64,000 bases of DNA. It comes from Prorocentrum cordatum. Its lineage: Eukaryota. The notes under the pieces are model-generated. The model was not told the DNA's origin. It ran no database searches and saw nothing but the letters and a program-made list of their open reading frames with translations. Within the stretch, counting starts at the first letter, position 1. Each line of letters starts with the position of its first letter. The translations under genes and the position numbers were made by a program. Location of the stretch: positions 558,001 through 622,000 of the forward strand of contig CAUYUJ010000303.1 of assembly GCA_963575745.1 (NCBI GenBank). The letters run 5' to 3'. This document shows, piece after piece, positions 58,228 through 64,000 of the stretch.

Positions 58228-59503
58228 TTCAAGGGGCCAATGCCACCCCGCCGACCCCCAGAAAAGACAAAGAGTGATGCACGATCGCGGAAGTCATTCG
58301 GAGCATTGTGGCCTGAATACATTGTGTCGTATCTCGGTTCTCTTAGGGGCCTTGACGGCATTGTTTGGACCTTCGGAACCGGCAGGTCATGTCGGAAAGT
58401 TCTGTTGGCTTGGGAGATACGATGTCAAGTTCGTCGCCCCTTTCTCGAACAGGATTCGAAGCTCTGGGAGAGCAGAGATCAATGGGGAAGGCTGGAGCCA
58501 AGCACGTCGCGCGCAGTCTTACCTTTGCAAATGTGGGTAGGCGGTCTCCGCGTCTATGCTGTGGGAGTCTGTGAACAAGGCTCAGGTAAGGTTGTGGGAG
58601 GTAATCGTTATGAGAACGGCTTCAAGGCGTTATCGGGGTCCCGTGACGGCCACTGTGGGGCGTTCACAGAGTGTGGAGATACAGTGAGAGTTTGCAGCGT
58701 TCGTGGAAGGAATGAAGTGGGTTATGAGGCGCGTGGATGCACATGAGGAGTTCCCACTGTGGCACCTGAGGGACTTTTTGGAGCTTCTCGGGGGTCTCTT
58801 GGGAGCCTCGGGGGTGCATCTTGGAAGCCTGTTTGCGCCTCTTAGGGGGGCCTCGGGGGCCTCGAGGGGGCGTGGGGTCGTCTTGGGGGGAAAAGCTCGA
58901 ATTGTCAGTTCGTATTCGCCTTTGGGGCCCCTCTTGGGGCCCAGAGGGCCTCTCGATGGCCGTCTTGGGGGCCCTTAGGTTCGTCGTCAGGCCATCTTGA
59001 GCCATCTTCGTGCTCTCTTGGGGCCTCATTGTTCGTCTTGGGACGGTCTTTGAGGCCCTTTTGGCCGTCTTGGACGCTATCAAAACGAAAAAGGCGAGTA
59101 TGCTAACCGTGCACGTTTTCCCCAGGGAAGGGATCAAGTGTTGCTTATTAGGCCTCTCTCGGCGGTCATCTGGAAAGCACTGTTGGGCCGTCTTGGGGGC
59201 CTCGTGGCCCGTCTCGGAGCGTCCTTGGACCGACGTTGGGGCTATCCTGGGCCGTCTCGACGATCTCTGGGACTGTCTTGGCGCTCTGTGTGGACCCTCT
59301 CGGGCTATCGCATACACAGTACACACATACATAGATTCATAGACGCAAATATACAAATATATGTATATGTATTCATATGTATATATATATAGACATATAC
59401 GCAGATACGTATGTATGTATGTGTGTATGTATTTAAAATATTCGTTATACATATATAAAATGCATTTGCGGCCTCGCGCGCCCCCCCCCCGCGTTTGCTC
59501 AGT

Positions 59504-59784
59504 TTGACAGCGGGGACCACTGTCAAAGAGGCCCACGCGGAGCGTCCTGCGACCCCCCAAAATCTTCAGTGTGACAGTGCGCCCTGCTGTCAAATTGGGA
59601 GTGGTGGTCCCCGACGCTGTTGGCCAGGGGTGTGACAGTGGGCCCCACTCTCAATTGGCTTTGCATCTGTCCTTGGCGGCCATTGCGCCTGCGCGCCCGT
59701 GGGCCCCGTTGACAGTGGGCCGCACTGCGAAAGTCGGGGGCGAGCTTCCCCTCCCGCCCCGTTGACAGTGGCGCCCACTGTCAA
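59504..59784. repeat. Five 23-bp palindromic repeats separated by dissimilar spacers
   Basis: Consensus TTGACAGTG-N5-CACTGTCAA at 59504, 59571, 59632, 59709 and 59762; spacers of 44, 38, 54 and 30 bp. Confidence 0.85.
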
Positions 59785-60614
59785 ATGGCGAAATGGCGGT
59801 GGAGCGGCGGTGGATTCTGGGAGGCTAATGGGGATGGGGAGAGGGCAAGCTAGGTGCGCTCGCGTCATATCTGACGTCCTACCCCTCCCTCCCATTCCTT
59901 ACCATGGCGTAAATCTCCCCTCGATTCGCACAATCGGATGTCGTAGCATGGCATAGCACGATGTCGAATATCCACGCATAGCATGACATAGCATGGCGTG
60001 TTGACGCACGAAGGTGAAGGGGGCTTCTGCGGCCCAAAAAATCAACGAACCGATATCGAAAGTGGAATCACTTCCGATGGTTTCTTCGGAGGCCATTTTC
60101 TAGATTTTGGAGCCAATTTGGAAGGACCGAAAACCATGCCTGGGCATGGCACTCGAAATAATGACGCCAGCGCTGCAGCGAGAGCACGATTCGGAACGAG
60201 CGGAAGCGCGGAAATGAGGCCAGCGTTGCAGCGAGAGCACGATTCGGAACGAGCGGTAGCCCGAAAATGAAGCCAGTGCTTCAGCGAGAGCAGCATGTTG
60301 AACAAAAACCTAGCGAAAACAGAACTCCCGGGAATCTCTTGTGTAAAAAACCAGTACGCGGAGGGGGCCGGACATTCTCCGGACGCCACCAGGGGAGAGA
60401 GGAAAGTAGTATTCACATTGTGTAATTATAGAAGGGTACAGACAAACAGCTCGCACGCCTTTTCACCCCCGGCAAGCGGTGGTCGGCGGATTGAGACGTT
60501 CCGCTTTCTCCGACGGCCATGCGATTTTTTTCTTCATTAGGAGTGACGCATGTTACCCCCGGGGGGGGGTCAAGAGGGGGAGGTAATGGTAACGGTGGCC
60601 GCGGCGCGCACTTA

Positions 60615-61022
60615 TTTTGAAACACGCTCCAATGTCGAACACGCTTCACTTTTGAAAGACGCTCCAATATTGAAACACACTCCAATATTAAACTAGCTTT
60701 AATGTTTGAACACGCTTTAATTTCTAAACGCGCTTTATTTTTGAAATATGCACTAATCTTGAAATGCGCTTCAAATTCGAAGCACACATCAATGTTTAAC
60801 ACCACCCAGATTTCAAGCACACTCCAATTTTGAAACACGCTCCCATTTGAAACACGCTCCAAGTTTTAAATACGTTTGAATGTTGAAACACACTTCAATT
60901 TTGCAACGAGCTCTAATTTTGGAACACGCTCCTATTTTACAACTCGCTCGAATTCTCAAACGCGCTTCAAGTTTAAAACACGCTTCAATTTTGAAACACG
61001 CTCCAAGTTTGAAAGACGCTTC
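60615..61022. repeat. ~18-20-bp AT-rich minisatellite (TTTTGAAACACGCTCCAA)
   Basis: About 20 degenerate copies. Confidence 0.85.
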
Positions 61023-61339
61023 CGATGCTTCCTGCACCAACTCAGACATCGACGACGGGAACGTGAAGCAACGTGAGTTCGCACTTCCTCCCCCGTCCCT
61101 CCTCCTCCTCCTCCTCCTCCTCCTCCTCCTCCTCCTCCTCTTCCCTTCTCCTCCTCCTCCTCCTCCTCCTCCTCCTCCGCTTCCTCCCTCGGAAATCGGC
61201 CTTCAAACCTATCCCTTTGCGTTCGGACCAAACTTTCGAAGGGAATCCAGCCGTTGCGACGAAGAACCCACCGGACGCCCAACAAATTAGCCTGGCGAAG
61301 AACCCAACCATATGCAGATGTCAGTACCGCAGCTGCGGG

Positions 61340-62295
61340 TTTCATCTTCAGTGGAACTCCCCATAGGACTACGGAACGTGTGAGGGGTGTGCCGAGATGG
61401 GTGCCATTGGGGCATTCGGCGAAGCTCCCTATGGGGACATGAAACACGCGCGGGGCGTGCCGACATGGGTGGCGGAAACGCATGTGAGGGCCGCCACTGG
61501 GGCCTCCAGCGGAGCTCCCTATGGGTCCCCGAAGCATGATGCTGCTGCGGGGGGGGGGTTCGGGATGGGTGGCGGAGACGCATGTAAGCGCCGCTACTGG
61601 GGCCTTCGGTGGAGCTCCCTATGGGGCCACGGAGCGCGTGAGGGGTGTACTGGGATGTGTGGCGGGGACGCATGTGAGCGCCGCCACTGGGGCCTTCGGT
61701 GCAGCTCCCTATGGGGCCACGAAACGTGTGAGAGGTGTGCCGAATTGGGTGCGGGTGGTGACGCATGCGGGCGGTGCCACTGGGGCCTTCGGTGGAGCTC
61801 CCTACGGGGCCACGAAACCTGTTGTTGTGAGGGGCGTGCCGGGATGGGTGGCGGGGACGCATGCGGGCGGCAGCACTGGGGCCTTCGGTGGGGCTCCCTA
61901 TGGGGCCACGAAACGTGTGAGGGGTGTGCCCAATTGGGTGTGCGGGACGCATGCGGGCGGCAGCATTGGGGCCTTCGGTGGGGCTCCCTATGTGGCCACG
62001 GAACGTGTGAGGGGTGTGCCGAATTGGGTGTGCGGGACGCATGCGGGCGGCAGCACTGGGGCCTTCGGTGGGGCTCCCTATGGGGCCACGAAACGTGTGA
62101 GGGGTGTGCCGAATTGAGTGTGCGGGACGCATGCGGGCGGCAGCACTGGGCCCTTCGGGGGGGCTCCCTATGGGGCCACGGAACGTGTGAGTGGTGTGCC
62201 GAATTGGGTGTGCGGGACGCATGCGGGCGGCAGCACTGGGGCCTTCGGTGGGGCTCCCTATGGGGCCACGAAACATGTGAGGGGTGTGCCGAAAT
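61340..62295. repeat. 90-bp tandem repeat, about 10 copies
   Basis: ATGCGGGCGG anchors at 61861, 61951, 62041, 62131 and 62221. A single reversed unit lies at ~56568-56650 in PPR intron 4. Confidence 0.92.
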
Positions 62296-63518
62296 GGAGG
62301 ATGATGACGATGATGATGGTGGGAGGAGGGAGGAGGAGGAGGAGGAGGAGGAGGAGGAGGAGGAGGAGGAGGAGGAGGAGGAGGAGGAGGAGCAATGCGG
62401 GGCACCGTCTCTTCAAAACGAGGACCCAACACCACAGGATGGTTGGGAATAACAGTGATGCACACCAGTGATGCACAATGATGCACAATGATTGTGCATC
62501 ATTGGTGGCATTTGCCTGTAGGCTCATGGGCGCTGACGGGGTGCTAGGTGGTGGTAGGGTTCTTCAGCTGTCGCAAGAGTTTCGCGTGGAAGGGCAGCAG
62601 TGGCAGGCCAGGTGCAGTGCGACGTTCCACACTCCCACCGTCTTTCCCTCAACGGAAGCGCCTCAACTTGGGGCGAGTTGGAACTCTTCGGGGCCGTTTC
62701 GAGCCTTCCTGGCCCCACAGGGAGCCTTCTTGGGCGATCTTGGAGTCACCTTGAGGCGACAGAATACCATGGGAGGCGGCGGAAACGACAATGAAAAGCA
62801 CATAGGAAGACGTCCATGTGGTTCAATGATGTCGGATTCTTGGGAACTGTGGGCATCTTGTACCATCTCGGGGCTATGTCGCGGCCTCTTGGCGCTGTCT
62901 TGGGAGCATCTTGGGGCTGGTGCGTGCCACCTCTGGGCTATATCGGGGTCTCTTGGGGCTATCTTGAGAGCATCGTTGGGCTATTTCGGGACCAGCCTTG
63001 GGCCTGCCTTTCCTTGATGCCCGCTCTTGGACAACCTGGGACTATCTTGTGGCATCGTTGCTGTACCAGGTACATTTGAGGACCGGCTCGAGGCCATCTT
63101 GACGCTTTCCACTCCTTGATGCTTGCTCATGGGCCGCCCTGGGTCACTCTCGCAGCTGCCGTGGGCCTCTACGCGGGCGCTCGCGGGGATCTTCGGAGAC
63201 ATTCTCAGTTGACACCATACTGTGTGGGTATTGGAGCCAGATTGGGACCTCAGAAACCCGTGGGAAGGGAAAGTGCGGGGACGCCACACTCACTGTACGT
63301 TCAAACTTTGCTTCAGAAGTTAAACCTCTGGCATGTCTCTTCGGAGTTGTGCTTGACCATCTTGGGCTCTCTTGGGGCTGCCTTTGAGGCATATTGGTGC
63401 TGTGTTGGTTTCATGTCGGGGCCTGCCACCCCCTGATGCCCGATCTTGGGCCGCATGGGGTCCCTCTACTGAGGCGCCCGCGGTGACATTCGGATGCCAC
63501 TGGAAGACATGTTCTTAG

Positions 63519-63639
63519 CATCGCTCGGACGTGTGCATTTTTTATCGGCAAGGGCCATCGAGGAGCATTTTTGTTCACGTTACGGAGAAATGCAAGCACG
63601 AAACCGACAAATGCACAGGGAATAGACGTCCAAGCGATG
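63519..63639. mobile_element. ~120-bp MITE-like element, 3 copies
   Basis: Termini CATCGCTCGGACGT / ACGTCC(A/G)AGCGA(T/C)G; copies at 50144-50264 and 54644-54765. Confidence 0.7.
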
Positions 63640-64000
63640 GCGAGAGTTCATTCTGGGCGCTCTTGGAGCCATCCTGAGGCTTGAGAGTCGCATGGGAAGC
63701 GAAAACAGTGAGAAAGTAAATTTCATTGAACGGGAATGGTTGAACGATGTTGGCCCCTTGGGGCTGTCTTGGACCATCTTGGGCCACTTCAGGGCTATCT
63801 TGGGGCCTCTTTGGGCTGTATTGGAAGCATATTGGGGCTGTTTCCATGCCAGATTGGGGCCTGACACCCCTGAATGCCCAATGTCGTGCAGCCCTGAGGC
63901 CCTCTTGCAGCTCGCTTGAGCCTCTATTGGGGCGCTCGCGGGGATCTTCACAGCCATCAGGGGCGATCCCGGCGTCACTTTGACGCGTAAGTTTGAGTTT

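Noticed and set aside
58228..58746. C-terminal extension of the PPR ORF to the stop at 58746
   Set aside because: The PPR pattern and GC3 bias stop after VTYNEL; the rest looks intronic.
59504..59784. Bona fide CRISPR locus
   Set aside because: Eukaryotic context, no cas genes, variable repeat centres and irregular spacer lengths; kept only as an unexplained palindrome array.
61287..62486. 399-aa and 351-aa repeat-protein ORFs
   Set aside because: They arise from a 90-bp satellite that is open in several frames; a unit of the same repeat occurs inside a PPR intron.

Overview
This is eukaryotic, repeat-rich, GC-rich genomic DNA. It is most likely from a dinoflagellate, because the introns use GT, GC and GA donors and are bounded by short direct repeats. 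In order, the window holds: (1) the 5' part of an LTR retrotransposon on the minus strand (LTR, tRNA-iMet-like PBS, gag, then an in-frame UGA followed by an aspartic-protease DTG motif at the window edge); (2) a ~10.3-kb tyrosine-recombinase retrotransposon with identical split direct repeats (A1...B1-A2-B2), carrying a small membrane ORF, a gag-like ORF, RT/RNase H, and a long ORF with an unexpected DnaJ J-domain ahead of the recombinase; (3) a six-exon TDP2-like phosphodiesterase gene, several of whose introns are inverted-repeat transposons; (4) an intronless glutathione peroxidase with two in-frame UGA codons and a SECIS-like 3' hairpin; (5) about 20 kb of satellite cassettes and (TAC)n tracts; (6) a multi-exon PPR-protein gene whose 3' end was not found in the window; and many dispersed MITE-like and tandem repeats. 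All calls come from reading the sequence by eye; no database search or folding program was run.
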